Source: Bdellovibrio sp.
Lineage (GTDB): Bacteria; Bdellovibrionota; Bdellovibrionia; Bdellovibrionales; Bdellovibrionaceae
Direction: 5' to 3'
DNA length: 64,000 nt
Assembly: GCA_036677065.1 (NCBI GenBank)
Contig: JAKFBS010000008.1
Span: 118,593 to 182,592, forward strand
In this document: positions 50,190 to 60,322 of the stretch, piece by piece
Position numbering within the stretch: the first letter of the stretch is position 1
How the letters are laid out: every line of letters begins with the position of its first letter
Translations under genes and position numbers: made by a program
The notes under the pieces: generated by a model
What the model was told of the DNA's origin: nothing
Databases searched by the model: none
Seen by the model: the letters and a program-made list of their open reading frames with translations, nothing else

Positions 50190-51422
50190 CTATTTGTAGT
50201 TATTAAGTTGGACTTGAACTAATTCAAGTTCTTTTTGTATTTCAATTTTTTTCTTTTTTGATTCAAAAAAACGTTCAGTGGCTCCGACTAGATCGGGTGA
50301 ATTCTTTACGCCGCGTTTATATTCTTCTAAGGTTAAGTTATAATATTTTTCGGCGTTTAAAAGTTTTTTATCAATAATTTGGTAAAGTTCTACGAGTTCA
50401 TTAGCCCGGGACTTTAGCTGTTCAAATTGTGATTTAATATTTAAAATGATTTGGTTTTTTTCGTGCTCTTTGCTGGCAAGAGCTGCTACAGACGACTTTC
50501 TTTTGTGATAAGTGTCAAACCCTGAAAACAGGGGAATCGTAATAAGCAAGGCCACTTCTGATTCATTATACTTCACTTCATCTTCTGTTGGGGTTAGTCG
50601 GCCAAACGAATAGCTGAGATCAATTTTCGGCAAAAAATCTGCAGTTGCAAAAGATTTCTCTGACCGTGCAATCTCTTCTTCAAGCTTTGCCTTACGAACT
50701 AAGGGGTGATTTGTATAAGCGGTCAAATTTAAATCTTTAGCCAGTGTTCCGGTTGATGCAAAAGATAAGGCCGCAAGCTCGCTGTCTGAAATTTCCTGAT
50801 TAAAAAGAGCATTTAATTTTTGATGAACGACTTCATGTTCGCGGGCAATATTACGCCTTTGAATTTCTATTTCGCTTTCACGCAAATTAAATTCGTAGTT
50901 GTCAGCTTGACTGGTTAAACCGGCATTTACTTTTCTGGCGGCCATTTGTTTTTGTTTTTGGGTGATCGAATATTCTTCATCAAGAATTTTTTCAACTTGG
51001 TGCAAGCCGATCATCGAAGTTAATACTTCAGTTAATTCTTCTTTGGCAGTACGGGTTTTTAATTCATAAGCAACGCGAGAAAGTTGCATTTTTTTATTTT
51101 GAATGTCAAAAGTAGCTCGATCTTTGAAACCCGCAAATAAATTAGCAGTTCCCTGCAAGTAGCCAACTTCGCCTTTTTCGACCTCGTCGTCGGTTTTAAT
51201 TCTGGCTAATCCGCCCACAGCGTTTAAGCTTGGTAAAAAAGCTGAATAAGTCGATTTTTTCAGACTTTCTTGGGCAGCGATTTCATTTTCTAATGATTTC
51301 AATTCCTCATTAGATGAAAGTAATTTCTGCTCTAGTTGTGCGCGTGTCTGGGCCGTGGCATCTAATGCGGTTACCAGAAGAATTGCAATTGTGATCTGCT
51401 TTGCGTTTCGCAAAAAATGCAT
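50190..51422 (-). CDS. TolC-family outer-membrane efflux protein
   Basis: AFLPSL, NLFAGF, DFLPKI, IPLFSGF, YKRGVK; start set at 51422 by SD AGGA. Confidence 0.9.
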   Translation of the reverse strand: MHFLRNAKQITIAILLVTALDATAQTRAQLEQKLLSSNEELKSLENEIAAQESLKKSTYSAFLPSLNAVGGLARIKTDDEVEKGEVGYLQGTANLFAGFKDRATFDIQNKKMQLSRVAYELKTRTAKEELTEVLTSMIGLHQVEKILDEEYSITQKQKQMAARKVNAGLTSQADNYEFNLRESEIEIQRRNIAREHEVVHQKLNALFNQEISDSELAALSFASTGTLAKDLNLTAYTNHPLVRKAKLEEEIARSEKSFATADFLPKIDLSYSFGRLTPTEDEVKYNESEVALLITIPLFSGFDTYHKRKSSVAALASKEHEKNQIILNIKSQFEQLKSRANELVELYQIIDKKLLNAEKYYNLTLEEYKRGVKNSPDLVGATERFFESKKKKIEIQKELELVQVQLNNYK

Positions 51423-51432
51423 AGTAAGCTTC

Positions 51433-51825
51433 CTATTTTTCAACTTGAAATTTGAAAGAATCTTTTTTGTTTTTATACTCTGTAGTTGCCACTACTTCGA
51501 TGCGGTAAGCATTTTTAAAATCAATCGGAGCCGTGTAAACCCCATTTTTTAATTCAATCTTCAAACTTTCAGCTTTTCCTTTTGGAAGTTTTCCAGTTGC
51601 AGAAATTTTGACTTCTGCAGCGGCAAAATCCGCACCTTCATGACTTGCTGGATATAATTTGAGTTCATTGCCAGATACGACATACTCAAGATTAATTTCT
51701 TTTCCCGCCTTAACCACGCCGCCATGATTCGCTTTAAGTGAACCCGGTGTGTTATCGTGCCCTTCGTGGGCAAAGACATTCAGGCTGGTCATTAAGAGAG
51801 TAGTTAGAATAATTTTTTTAAACAT
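51433..51825 (-). CDS. Small His-containing periplasmic protein
   Basis: SD AAGGAG; signal peptide, mature start HEGHDNTPG...ANHGG. Confidence 0.8.
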   Translation of the reverse strand: MFKKIILTTLLMTSLNVFAHEGHDNTPGSLKANHGGVVKAGKEINLEYVVSGNELKLYPASHEGADFAAAEVKISATGKLPKGKAESLKIELKNGVYTAPIDFKNAYRIEVVATTEYKNKKDSFKFQVEK

Positions 51826-54800
51826 GTTTTTCTCCTTCAAATAGATCTGCTTTGTTTGTTCGTTCTAAACTTTTTTCGGCCGATTTTTTGCCAAAGTGAA
51901 AAAATACGGTCGGTGTTACAAAAATATCAAGCAGGGTAGAACTAATTAATCCCCCAACAATGACTACAGCCACAGGATGTAGAATTTCTTTTCCTGGTTC
52001 GCCGCCGGCGAAAACAAGAGGTGTTAAACCAAGAATTGCTGTCAGTGCTGTCATTAAAACTGGAACCAGTCTTTCTAATGAGCCCCGAATCACCATTTCT
52101 TTGGTGAATTTTTCGCCTTCATGTTGCAGCAAGTGCAGATAATGCGAAAGCATCATAATACCGTTTCGCGAAGCGATTCCACACAATGTAACAAAGGCTA
52201 CAAGGCTGGCTATTGAAATTGTTTTGTCTGTTAAGTAGATTCCAATAATTCCACCGATAAAGGCCATCGGAATATTCAGCATGACCTGAATAGAAATAAA
52301 AGTTGATTTGAAATGGGCATAGAGAACTAAAAATATACCAGCGATAGCAAGTAAGCCTAAGACAATCATTAACTGAGCTGCTTTTTGCTGACTTTCAAAT
52401 TGCCCACCATAAGTGATGAAATAGGATTGTGGAAGTTCAACGTTTTGTTTTATTTTGCTTTGAATTTCTTTAACTAAGCTATCTAAATCACGCCCTGATG
52501 AATTAGCTTGGACCACAATTCGGCGCTGGGCATTTTCACGATTGATGATATTTGGACCAGTTGATTCGTAAACATCGGCGACTTTTTCGATAGTGATTTT
52601 AGTTCCATCAGGCATTGTCTTGATCGCTGTTGCCTTGATAAGTTCTAGATCAGTTCGTGATTTTTCATCAAATCTCATCATCAGATCAATACTTTTTTGA
52701 CCTTCAAGAATTTGTCCAACGACTTCTCCCTGTAAGGCTTTTTCCATAAGAGCTGAAAGTTCTCCTACGACAATTCCATATTTAAGAGCTTCGTCGCGTA
52801 ATAATTGGATTTTAACTTGCGGAATCAGAACTTGCTGTTCGATTTGAAGATCAGTAAGCCCTGCAGTGCCTTCAAGAGCTTTTAAAATTTCTGCTGATTT
52901 TGAGCGTAGAACAGTTAGATCAGGGCCAAATATTTTAATCGCTATTTGAGCACGCACGCCAGAGAGTAAATGATCTAAACGATGCGAAATCGGCTGGCCG
53001 ATATTCACAAATACATTTTCAATAGAATTTAAATTTTTTCTGATTTCTTCTAGAACAATTTCGCGAGGTCGGCCGCTTTCTTTAAAATCTACATCAATTT
53101 CAGACGAATGCACACCTTCGGCATGCTCGTCTAGTTCGGCGCGGCCTGTGCGGCGTGAAACAGATTTTACTTCTGGCGTTTGTAAAATAAGTTCTTCGGC
53201 TTTAAATCCCAGTTTATTAGATTCATCTAATGATATTCCAGGCTGGGCCATCATCGAAATAGTCGCAGTGCCTTCATTAAATTTGGGTAAAAAATCGCGG
53301 CCCATTTGTGTCGCCACACCTATTGCTAACAAAAATAAAAAAGCTGTTGTTCCAATAACTATACGGGGATGTTTGATGGCTTTGTGTAATAGTTTGGTAT
53401 CCCAGGCTTTTAAAGTTGTAACCAGCTTACCTTCTTTGTGCTCCAGTAAACTTTTATTATTTAATAAGTACGAACAAAGTGCCGGAGTTACCGTTAAAGA
53501 AACAATCATCGAAGCCAAAAGCGAAATAACATAAGCAATTCCTAATGGAACAAATAATTTTCCTTCAATGCCACCCATTGTAAAAAGGGGAATAAATACA
53601 AGGCAGACAATGATTGTTGCAATAACAATCGAGTTTCTGACCTCGCTGGATGCATCATAGATGACCTTCAGGTTATTCTTAGGTGTCGCAGATAACTTAT
53701 TTTCGCGCAGGCGTCGAAATACGTTTTCAACATCTACGATCGCATCATCTACAAGCTCACCGATGGCTATGGCAAGCCCACCTAAGGTCATTGTATTTAC
53801 CGATAGCCCAAAGAAGTGAAATACAACAGCCGTCAAAACAAAACTTAAGGGGATTGCTGTCATTGTAATGACGGTTGTTCTAAAATTCATTAAGAATAGA
53901 AATAAAACTATTAATACTAATATTACGCCATCACGAAGGGCTTCTTTAACATTTTCAATTGATGATTCGATAAAGTGAGCTTGCTTGAATAAATTTGCGT
54001 TTAGTTCAACTTTTGCTGGGAGTGAAGGCGCAAGCTCGGCTAAAGCTTTTTCTATGGCACGAGTCAGATCAATAGTGCTCGCTCCAGGCTGTTTCTGTAC
54101 ACTTATGATGACGCCACTTTTAGCGTTTACGCTAGCTTCGCCACGCATGGTCTGAGGCGCTTCGCGAACTTCGGCAACATCTCGAACTACGACCGGGCGG
54201 CCTAAATGAAATCCTACAACTGAATCTAAAATTTCTTCTTTGTTGCGGATAGCGCCAATGACGCGAATTAAGGATTCATTTTTTTCGATATTTATAAAGC
54301 CACCTGTTGTGTTCAGGCTGATTTTTGAAAGATTATTTTCAATTTCTTCTATAGAAAGTTGCAGCTTTTGAATTTTCTCAGCAGAAAGAAGTATTTGGTA
54401 CTGCCTGACTCCGCCACCAATTGAGATAACCTGAGAAATTCCCGGAATACTTAGTAGGCGTGGTCTTATTGTCCAGTCGGCTAAGGTTCTAAGATCCATC
54501 GGCTTCATGTTTGGATCTTGTGATGTTAAACCAATAAGCTGAATTTCTCCCATGATAGAAGATATTGGGCCCATAATAGGTGTAATATTCTTAGGTAGTT
54601 TTTCCTGGGCCAGCGATAATTTTTCTTGAACAAGCTGGCGATTTCTAAAAATGTCTGTTCCCCAGGCGAACTCGATGTAAACGATACTCAGACCCACGCC
54701 TGAATTAGACCGGACTCTTTCGACGCCGGGTAGGCCATTAAGTGCAGTTTCGAGCGGAAATGTGACAAGAGTTTCAACCTCTTCTGGTGCTAGGCCAGAG

Positions 54801-54958
54801 GCTTCGGTCATAACAGTGACTGTCGGTCTATTTAAGTCTGGAAAAACGTCGACCGGCAAGTTTGCCGCAAGCCAGCCTCCGTAAGACACAACAAGTGCCG
54901 CAAAGGCGATAACTAATAGGCGGTGAGAAAGAGAAAATTTAATAATGCGATCTAACAT
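51818..54958 (-). CDS. CzcA/CusA-family heavy-metal RND efflux permease
   Basis: LPVDVFPDL, GELVDDAIVDVEN, GRAELDEHAEG, QPISHRLDH, ERLVPVLMT. Confidence 0.95.
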   Translation of the reverse strand: MLDRIIKFSLSHRLLVIAFAALVVSYGGWLAANLPVDVFPDLNRPTVTVMTEASGLAPEEVETLVTFPLETALNGLPGVERVRSNSGVGLSIVYIEFAWGTDIFRNRQLVQEKLSLAQEKLPKNITPIMGPISSIMGEIQLIGLTSQDPNMKPMDLRTLADWTIRPRLLSIPGISQVISIGGGVRQYQILLSAEKIQKLQLSIEEIENNLSKISLNTTGGFINIEKNESLIRVIGAIRNKEEILDSVVGFHLGRPVVVRDVAEVREAPQTMRGEASVNAKSGVIISVQKQPGASTIDLTRAIEKALAELAPSLPAKVELNANLFKQAHFIESSIENVKEALRDGVILVLIVLFLFLMNFRTTVITMTAIPLSFVLTAVVFHFFGLSVNTMTLGGLAIAIGELVDDAIVDVENVFRRLRENKLSATPKNNLKVIYDASSEVRNSIVIATIIVCLVFIPLFTMGGIEGKLFVPLGIAYVISLLASMIVSLTVTPALCSYLLNNKSLLEHKEGKLVTTLKAWDTKLLHKAIKHPRIVIGTTAFLFLLAIGVATQMGRDFLPKFNEGTATISMMAQPGISLDESNKLGFKAEELILQTPEVKSVSRRTGRAELDEHAEGVHSSEIDVDFKESGRPREIVLEEIRKNLNSIENVFVNIGQPISHRLDHLLSGVRAQIAIKIFGPDLTVLRSKSAEILKALEGTAGLTDLQIEQQVLIPQVKIQLLRDEALKYGIVVGELSALMEKALQGEVVGQILEGQKSIDLMMRFDEKSRTDLELIKATAIKTMPDGTKITIEKVADVYESTGPNIINRENAQRRIVVQANSSGRDLDSLVKEIQSKIKQNVELPQSYFITYGGQFESQQKAAQLMIVLGLLAIAGIFLVLYAHFKSTFISIQVMLNIPMAFIGGIIGIYLTDKTISIASLVAFVTLCGIASRNGIMMLSHYLHLLQHEGEKFTKEMVIRGSLERLVPVLMTALTAILGLTPLVFAGGEPGKEILHPVAVVIVGGLISSTLLDIFVTPTVFFHFGKKSAEKSLERTNKADLFEGEKHV

Positions 54959-55020
54959 GCCGAAATACCTTCTTCACTACTACTATGATTGGAAATCGCT
55001 ATTTGTGACAAATAATATAA

Positions 55021-55791
55021 TTATTTTTGAACGGTCACAGACAGGGGCATGGTTTTAAGAACACCTGCATCAATGACTTGAACCCAAATACGATAATCGC
55101 CTTCTGTTGGGAAGGTAACGTGTATCATTCCGGTATTGGCATTATCGCCATCCATTGGGTGTGCGTGAATAAGATCATCGCCCCCAGGCGAGACGGCAAT
55201 GATATGGGCGTTTGCGCCAAGGTATTGGGTTACTTCAGGCTGAGTTCCATCGCTGCGGCTTATGGTATAAGTTAGCATAGCCATTTTACCTGGTTTAAGT
55301 TTTTGCTTTGAGAACTCTACTACAGTATTGCCGACAGAAACTTTTCTAATGTTGCCAAGTGATACTGCCGGTAATGCTGGTTTTCCTCCAGTTACGTCTA
55401 CTTGGTAGGAAGCTGAAAATGCAGTTTCATCAAGTAATACACCTTGTGCCCAGATGTAATATGATCCGTCAGTTGTAAGGTTTAATTCGGCTTTCCAAAA
55501 TTCACCATCAAATGTGGGGTGAACGTGGTTAAATTCGTTAAGAGACAGGTCGTAAACAACTAAGTGCAATTTTTTGGTGTGAGACTCTTTTAGATCTAAT
55601 TCGGCAATAGGTTTTTTTGTTTCTTGATCATAAATTTGAAATAGGAATTCAATGTCATCTGAAGCAACAAGTGTTCCTTGTGTCTTTGCTTCAATAGATA
55701 CGCGATCGTCTTCATCTGCAAAGCCAGTTGATTGTCCGAAAATAACAGCCGCTGCGGCCAGTGCAGTTAGTAGTTTAAAAAATTTAGACAT
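55021..55791 (-). CDS. Exported His-motif heavy-metal-binding protein
   Basis: Signal peptide; two repeats with HLV...HVHP and GANAH...HAHP. Confidence 0.75.
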   Translation of the reverse strand: MSKFFKLLTALAAAAVIFGQSTGFADEDDRVSIEAKTQGTLVASDDIEFLFQIYDQETKKPIAELDLKESHTKKLHLVVYDLSLNEFNHVHPTFDGEFWKAELNLTTDGSYYIWAQGVLLDETAFSASYQVDVTGGKPALPAVSLGNIRKVSVGNTVVEFSKQKLKPGKMAMLTYTISRSDGTQPEVTQYLGANAHIIAVSPGGDDLIHAHPMDGDNANTGMIHVTFPTEGDYRIWVQVIDAGVLKTMPLSVTVQK

Positions 55792-55826
55792 AATATTACT
55801 CCTGTTGGGATTTGCTTTGTCTTAAA

Positions 55827-55881
55827 ATACCCTATGGGGGTATGCAACTAAATAATTTTGACATATACCCTACTGGGGTAT
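55827..55881. promoter_or_regulatory. Two CsoR/RcnR-family operators in the divergent promoter
   Basis: ATACCCTATGGGGGTAT (55827-55843) and ATACCCTACTGGGGTAT (55865-55881); the second lies between TTGACA and TATAAT. Confidence 0.88.
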
Positions 55882-55909
55882 AATTATTGATGTTATAACG
55901 GGGAACACA

Positions 55910-56236
55910 GTGCAAGAAACCATCAAAGATAAAAACAAGAGCAAGAAGTCGCGCTCGCACGCAACACAACCACATGATCATACGGGCGAGCTACGCCGGT
56001 TAAGCCGAATTAAAGGGCAGGTTGAGGGCGTCGAGCGAATGATTAATGAACATAGATATTGTCCTGAGATAGTTCATCAGATTAAAGCCGTTAGATCCGC
56101 ATTAAAAAGTCTCGAGGTTTCAATCATTGAGGGCCACATGAAGCATTGTGTGAAGGCCGCAGTTTCTAGTCGCAACAGTAAAGTTATCCAAGAAAAAATG
56201 GAAGAAATATTAATGTTATTAAAAGGACAAAACTAA
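55910..56236 (+). CDS. CsoR/RcnR-family metal-sensing repressor
   Basis: RLSRIKGQVEGVERM, YCPEIVHQ, EGHMKHC; N-terminal HDH. Confidence 0.93.
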   Translation: MQETIKDKNKSKKSRSHATQPHDHTGELRRLSRIKGQVEGVERMINEHRYCPEIVHQIKAVRSALKSLEVSIIEGHMKHCVKAAVSSRNSKVIQEKMEEILMLLKGQN

Positions 56237-56254
56237 TGAGAAAGAATTTATTTT

Positions 56255-57094
56255 TTATCGTAAATTAAAAATCTCAAGTAAATCCACATTGAGCTGGTAA
56301 AGCCCGGTGTGTTTACCATCAACGGCAACTTTTTGCACTTCGGTCATAAAGTTCTTAATAAGCCCTTTAATTTTGTCAAAACCTTCGGCATCCGTCGTAA
56401 ATGACACGAAAATATTATCTTTTTTTTCTTCGCCTTTAGCAAAGCTCATTTGATTCATCGCTGTTTTCATCACTAACTGATGGGTGCGCATTAAAGGGTG
56501 ATCGCTGCCAAAGTGAATGCGTGAACTAGTTACTTTTTTGACTTCATTTACTTTAGGGTCATATTCGATGCGGTTTAAGCGATCTAGTAAGACTAAAATT
56601 TCTTTTACCCGAATAACATCTAAACCTAACAGCGAAGCTAATTGATTCGGATTTTTCTGTAAACTTTTAATCCAGAGTGAAACATGCACAAGCACGGCCT
56701 GATAGTTCATAAGATAACTAATATCATCAGCAAACTGTGACGATGGTTTTTCAACGGTATTTAAGCTTAGATTACGTTTTTTTTGCAGCGTCGAAATTTT
56801 TTGAAATAAAAAGTCTTTACGGGCCTTGTTCGCGGTGGCTGCATGCGCTCGCAGTAATAACAGATATTCGACTTCGTCATCTAAAAATTCAAGCGCGTAA
56901 CCTACAGAAAAAATCTGATCTTCATTTAAGTGATGTGAATCTGAATTTAATACCTTAGATAAGAACGTGTACTGAATTTGTAAAACCTCAGCTAGGTATT
57001 GCAGGGTGAATTTAGGCTTAGATTTCTTAAGTTCTTTAAGGCGTTCACGAATGATCTTTTTATAATTGTTATGCTCAAAGATCAAAAACGCCAT
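56255..57094 (-). CDS. TIGR02147/DUF4423-family HTH protein
   Basis: IFEHNNYK, LAEVLQIQYTFLSKVL HTH, C-terminal LYQLNVDL. Confidence 0.85.
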   Translation of the reverse strand: MAFLIFEHNNYKKIIRERLKELKKSKPKFTLQYLAEVLQIQYTFLSKVLNSDSHHLNEDQIFSVGYALEFLDDEVEYLLLLRAHAATANKARKDFLFQKISTLQKKRNLSLNTVEKPSSQFADDISYLMNYQAVLVHVSLWIKSLQKNPNQLASLLGLDVIRVKEILVLLDRLNRIEYDPKVNEVKKVTSSRIHFGSDHPLMRTHQLVMKTAMNQMSFAKGEEKKDNIFVSFTTDAEGFDKIKGLIKNFMTEVQKVAVDGKHTGLYQLNVDLLEIFNLR

Positions 57095-57109
57095 AAATAC
57101 CCCGTTTTA

Positions 57110-57134
57110 AAAGTTATACTAAAAGTATAACTTT
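57110..57134. promoter_or_regulatory. Perfect palindrome, candidate operator
   Basis: AAAGTTATACT-AAA-AGTATAACTTT, 15 nt upstream of the DUF4423 gene start. Confidence 0.65.
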
Positions 57135-57250
57135 ATTCGTTAAATTTCAATTAAAAATAATAACCAAGTCAGAACGCCTCAAGCACCATTACTTTAACGG
57201 TTCAATAGTGAGCCAACAAAAAGCGATCACGCAAACAAAAGGAGACCCCA

Positions 57251-57925
57251 ATGAAAGCATTATTAAGAACAATGAAAACTGTACCAGCGAAAGTACTTTT
57301 AGTGACATGCCTATGTGCAGCTCAGAACTTTGCACAAGCTGCAGATGCTGAAAGCCGCGAAGTCGTTTCACCTACAGAAAACGTAAAATTTATCCCGACA
57401 TTAGGATATTCATACTTTAACATTACTGGCTCTGATGTTGATTACAGCTCAAAAGGCGGAAGCTCTGCAGGTCTGTTAGTGCAAAAAGCATTCAGCCCAA
57501 CCTTATCAGTAGAGAGCGGTCTGCAATATCTAGAAGCGGGAGCTAAGCAAAGTTTAGATTTCGGATTTTTTAGCTTAGATACAGTAGTTGTAGACATAAA
57601 AATGATTACGATTCCAGTTCGTGCGCAATACCTTTTTAATCCGACTTCAACTGGAGCCCGTTATTATGGTAAAGCAGGCGTGGCTGCAACTTATGTTGTC
57701 GGTGCTGAAGCCAACGTTTTAGGTGAATCGCAAGATATCAAAAGCGAACTAAATTCTTTCGGCGCTTTTGCACAAGCTGGTTTGGGTGCTGATTGGGAAA
57801 TCGCCTCTGAATCACGTTTAAATGTAGATGTAACTTATAACTACGGTCTGACTAAAGTATTTAAAAATGGCGGCGGTAAATTAGCAGGTCTTGAAGTTCA
57901 AGCTGGTTACGCAATCCCTTTCTAA
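57251..57925 (+). CDS. Outer-membrane beta-barrel (OmpA-like/porin family)
   Basis: SD AAGGAG, signal peptide, alternating beta strands, C-terminal GYAIPF. Confidence 0.85.
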   Translation: MKALLRTMKTVPAKVLLVTCLCAAQNFAQAADAESREVVSPTENVKFIPTLGYSYFNITGSDVDYSSKGGSSAGLLVQKAFSPTLSVESGLQYLEAGAKQSLDFGFFSLDTVVVDIKMITIPVRAQYLFNPTSTGARYYGKAGVAATYVVGAEANVLGESQDIKSELNSFGAFAQAGLGADWEIASESRLNVDVTYNYGLTKVFKNGGGKLAGLEVQAGYAIPF

Positions 57926-57953
57926 GCCAAAAATATCACAGGAGAATAACACC

Positions 57954-58391
57954 ATGAAATACTTAAAATTATTAATGACTGTATCAATGATCACTGGACT
58001 TTTAACTTCATGCCAAAGTGTGCCGTACCAACCCTACGCTCGCGATGTGAAAAAGAAACCAAGCCAAAACGGAATCATCGCTTTAAAAGTTGGATACCGT
58101 GATGAAGACCGCCAAAAAGCGACACACATGATGGCTTCAAACTGCGCCCCTACGCAAGCTAAAGTGATCGAAGAAGGTGAAGTAGTGATCGGCCAGGAAT
58201 CAACGACGAATTCAAACACATCTAAAAATGCCGGAACTCAATCAACACATGTTGGCAGCTTTTTAGGAATGCCACTTTTATCTGGTGGTCGTGACCCTTC
58301 AGAAAACACGTCGGCAAAAGTTTCTACGACAGAAGTTAAAGAATGGCAGATTAGTTACGAATGTTTAACAAAGAAATCAACGGTGAAGTAA
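57954..58391 (+). CDS. Hypothetical lipoprotein
   Basis: SD AGGAG; lipobox LTSC; EEGEVVIG, EWQISYEC. Confidence 0.8.
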   Translation: MKYLKLLMTVSMITGLLTSCQSVPYQPYARDVKKKPSQNGIIALKVGYRDEDRQKATHMMASNCAPTQAKVIEEGEVVIGQESTTNSNTSKNAGTQSTHVGSFLGMPLLSGGRDPSENTSAKVSTTEVKEWQISYECLTKKSTVK

Positions 58392-58413
58392 ACCTCTTTA
58401 CTGATGGTCGCTT

Positions 58414-58447
58414 AGGGGAGGGAACGAAAGTTTCCTCCCTTTTTTTT
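58414..58447 (+). terminator. Intrinsic terminator
   Basis: GGGAGGGAAC-GAAA-GTTTCCTCCC followed by a T run. Confidence 0.9.
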
Positions 58448-58449
58448 AT

Positions 58450-59670
58450 CTAGAAGGGTTTACTAAGGCTATAAAGCAGTGGATTACCGAAGCTAAATAC
58501 CTGGCGCAGGCGATTTTCATGCAGACCATAAACCACGATGTTATCCGGGCTTAAGTCAATTTGTACCGGAAAAGGTTTTAACGAAGTTCCAAAATTAATA
58601 TGCCCATCGACTTTATAGTTTTGGTAGATTGGTCCTAAAATAAAAGAGGCTCCGTTTAATTTGAAGATTTTTTGCTCTTCACTTACTTGTAATGTCAGGG
58701 CCGGGCGTAATGAGTAATCAATAATTTCATTGCGATCAATAAATAAGATACCGATTTGTTTCCACTCAGTGCCATTCATTTTTTTAGTCAGAATGGTAAA
58801 TTGTTTTTTATTCGCACTCATTTCAAGTTTTAAGCAGTCTTCTTTATAAGTTAAAGAAAAATACGGCGCTAAAAAGCTTTGGCTGCCCTTAGGAAAAACA
58901 CCATTACTGTTATCACACACTTCGGCTACAACCGGAGGTTTAATAAACGGAGAAATCGGTTCACGCGCGTATAACGCTGCAAACTTACGAATCAGCATCT
59001 GATCTAAGAAAACTTCTGACATTAAGCCAGAACCCGAATGCGATAAACCAAACACATGACCTAATTCATGAATCAAAACGTAATTTAAAAGTTTTGTGTA
59101 CTTCCAGGCCGCATCAATCACATCAGGCGAAGTCTTTTTGTAAGAGTGTGCACCTAGATCACCTGTGATATAAATGACGCCGTTACCGCGTAATTGCACG
59201 TCGTCGTAATTTTTACGAATCGTTAAGCCTAAGTATTTTTCAGGCGTAATCATATAAGTTTTTTCAGCGGCATCAAGCATATCATAACCGAATTTGATTG
59301 TTAGATCTTCGGTGCCGGTGCAATTCGTGCTAAATTTAAATTCTTGCTGGGCGATGATAATTTGATTTTGGTTCGGGCTAAGAATGGGAGCATCTAAGTT
59401 AATCGAAGCCACGCCATCAAGTTGATCTTTCCAGTAAGCTAAGCTTTCGCGCACAAGGCGTAAAGCCGTTGATTCATCGACTGAAAATTCGCTTGGGCTA
59501 AAGCGCACGCAGTAATTAATTACTTTCGTGTTATTCACAAACCAGGGGTTCTTGCCATTTCTAAAAACTTCACCACCAGAGCTAACCCAGCCCCCATTGG
59601 CTGAAGCAAAACCGGCGATAAATAAAAAACCTAAAAAAACGCTGCAAAAACTTTTAAGATTATTTGCCAT
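58450..59670 (-). CDS. Secreted metzincin zinc metalloprotease (matrixin-like)
   Basis: Signal peptide; HELGHVFGLSH plus Met-turn SGLMSE. Confidence 0.85.
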   Translation of the reverse strand: MANNLKSFCSVFLGFLFIAGFASANGGWVSSGGEVFRNGKNPWFVNNTKVINYCVRFSPSEFSVDESTALRLVRESLAYWKDQLDGVASINLDAPILSPNQNQIIIAQQEFKFSTNCTGTEDLTIKFGYDMLDAAEKTYMITPEKYLGLTIRKNYDDVQLRGNGVIYITGDLGAHSYKKTSPDVIDAAWKYTKLLNYVLIHELGHVFGLSHSGSGLMSEVFLDQMLIRKFAALYAREPISPFIKPPVVAEVCDNSNGVFPKGSQSFLAPYFSLTYKEDCLKLEMSANKKQFTILTKKMNGTEWKQIGILFIDRNEIIDYSLRPALTLQVSEEQKIFKLNGASFILGPIYQNYKVDGHINFGTSLKPFPVQIDLSPDNIVVYGLHENRLRQVFSFGNPLLYSLSKPF

Positions 59671-60322
59671 TTACGAGTCCTTTTCTTTTTATAAAATACG
59701 CATCAGTACCTAAGCAAAATTCAGTTTCACTAAAGCACATCAATTGATCTAAACCTGAACGTGATAAATCTAAGTCTAATTCCAACATCATAAAATCAGG
59801 TTTGATGCGATTTGGAAAAATCAATACACTGATCGGTGTTATATAGACTGTTTTCATTTTACCGTTTTCAATAAACTTTTTTGCGATCGGCATACCTATG
59901 CGATCGATTTCGATTTTTTGTACGGGCTGATAAAAAACCGGTATCGCTTTAATTAATGAAAGCGCGATCGTATTGCCTGAAGCTTTATAATCAGCAGCTG
60001 TAAGTTGAATTGAATGGCCTTTTGTTGAATACAATGATGCTGATTCACTGGTGCACTCTTCAACTTGAAAATCAGCATTTGCAATTTCTGGCCAATCACA
60101 CATTTGTTCACAAAGCGCGAATTGACAGTGAATAGCGCACTGCCCAGTGCGCACAAAAAACGGGAGTGGTTCGCCACAGCGAAACGCGGTGCTGAACGCA
60201 GGGCGCTCGTTAGCGCCGCGAATCCATTTCAGCTGATCACGCGGATCAGTGATCTCTAGCGCTGGCTGTGCGTTGGCTGCAGCCGCTAGAAGTAAAAATA
60301 AAACAAAACGAATTACTTGCAA
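59660..60322 (-). CDS. Secreted Cys-rich hypothetical protein
   Basis: Signal peptide; CAIHCQFALCEQMC; overlaps both neighbours. Confidence 0.7.
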   Translation of the reverse strand: MQVIRFVLFLLLAAAANAQPALEITDPRDQLKWIRGANERPAFSTAFRCGEPLPFFVRTGQCAIHCQFALCEQMCDWPEIANADFQVEECTSESASLYSTKGHSIQLTAADYKASGNTIALSLIKAIPVFYQPVQKIEIDRIGMPIAKKFIENGKMKTVYITPISVLIFPNRIKPDFMMLELDLDLSRSGLDQLMCFSETEFCLGTDAYFIKRKGLVNGK

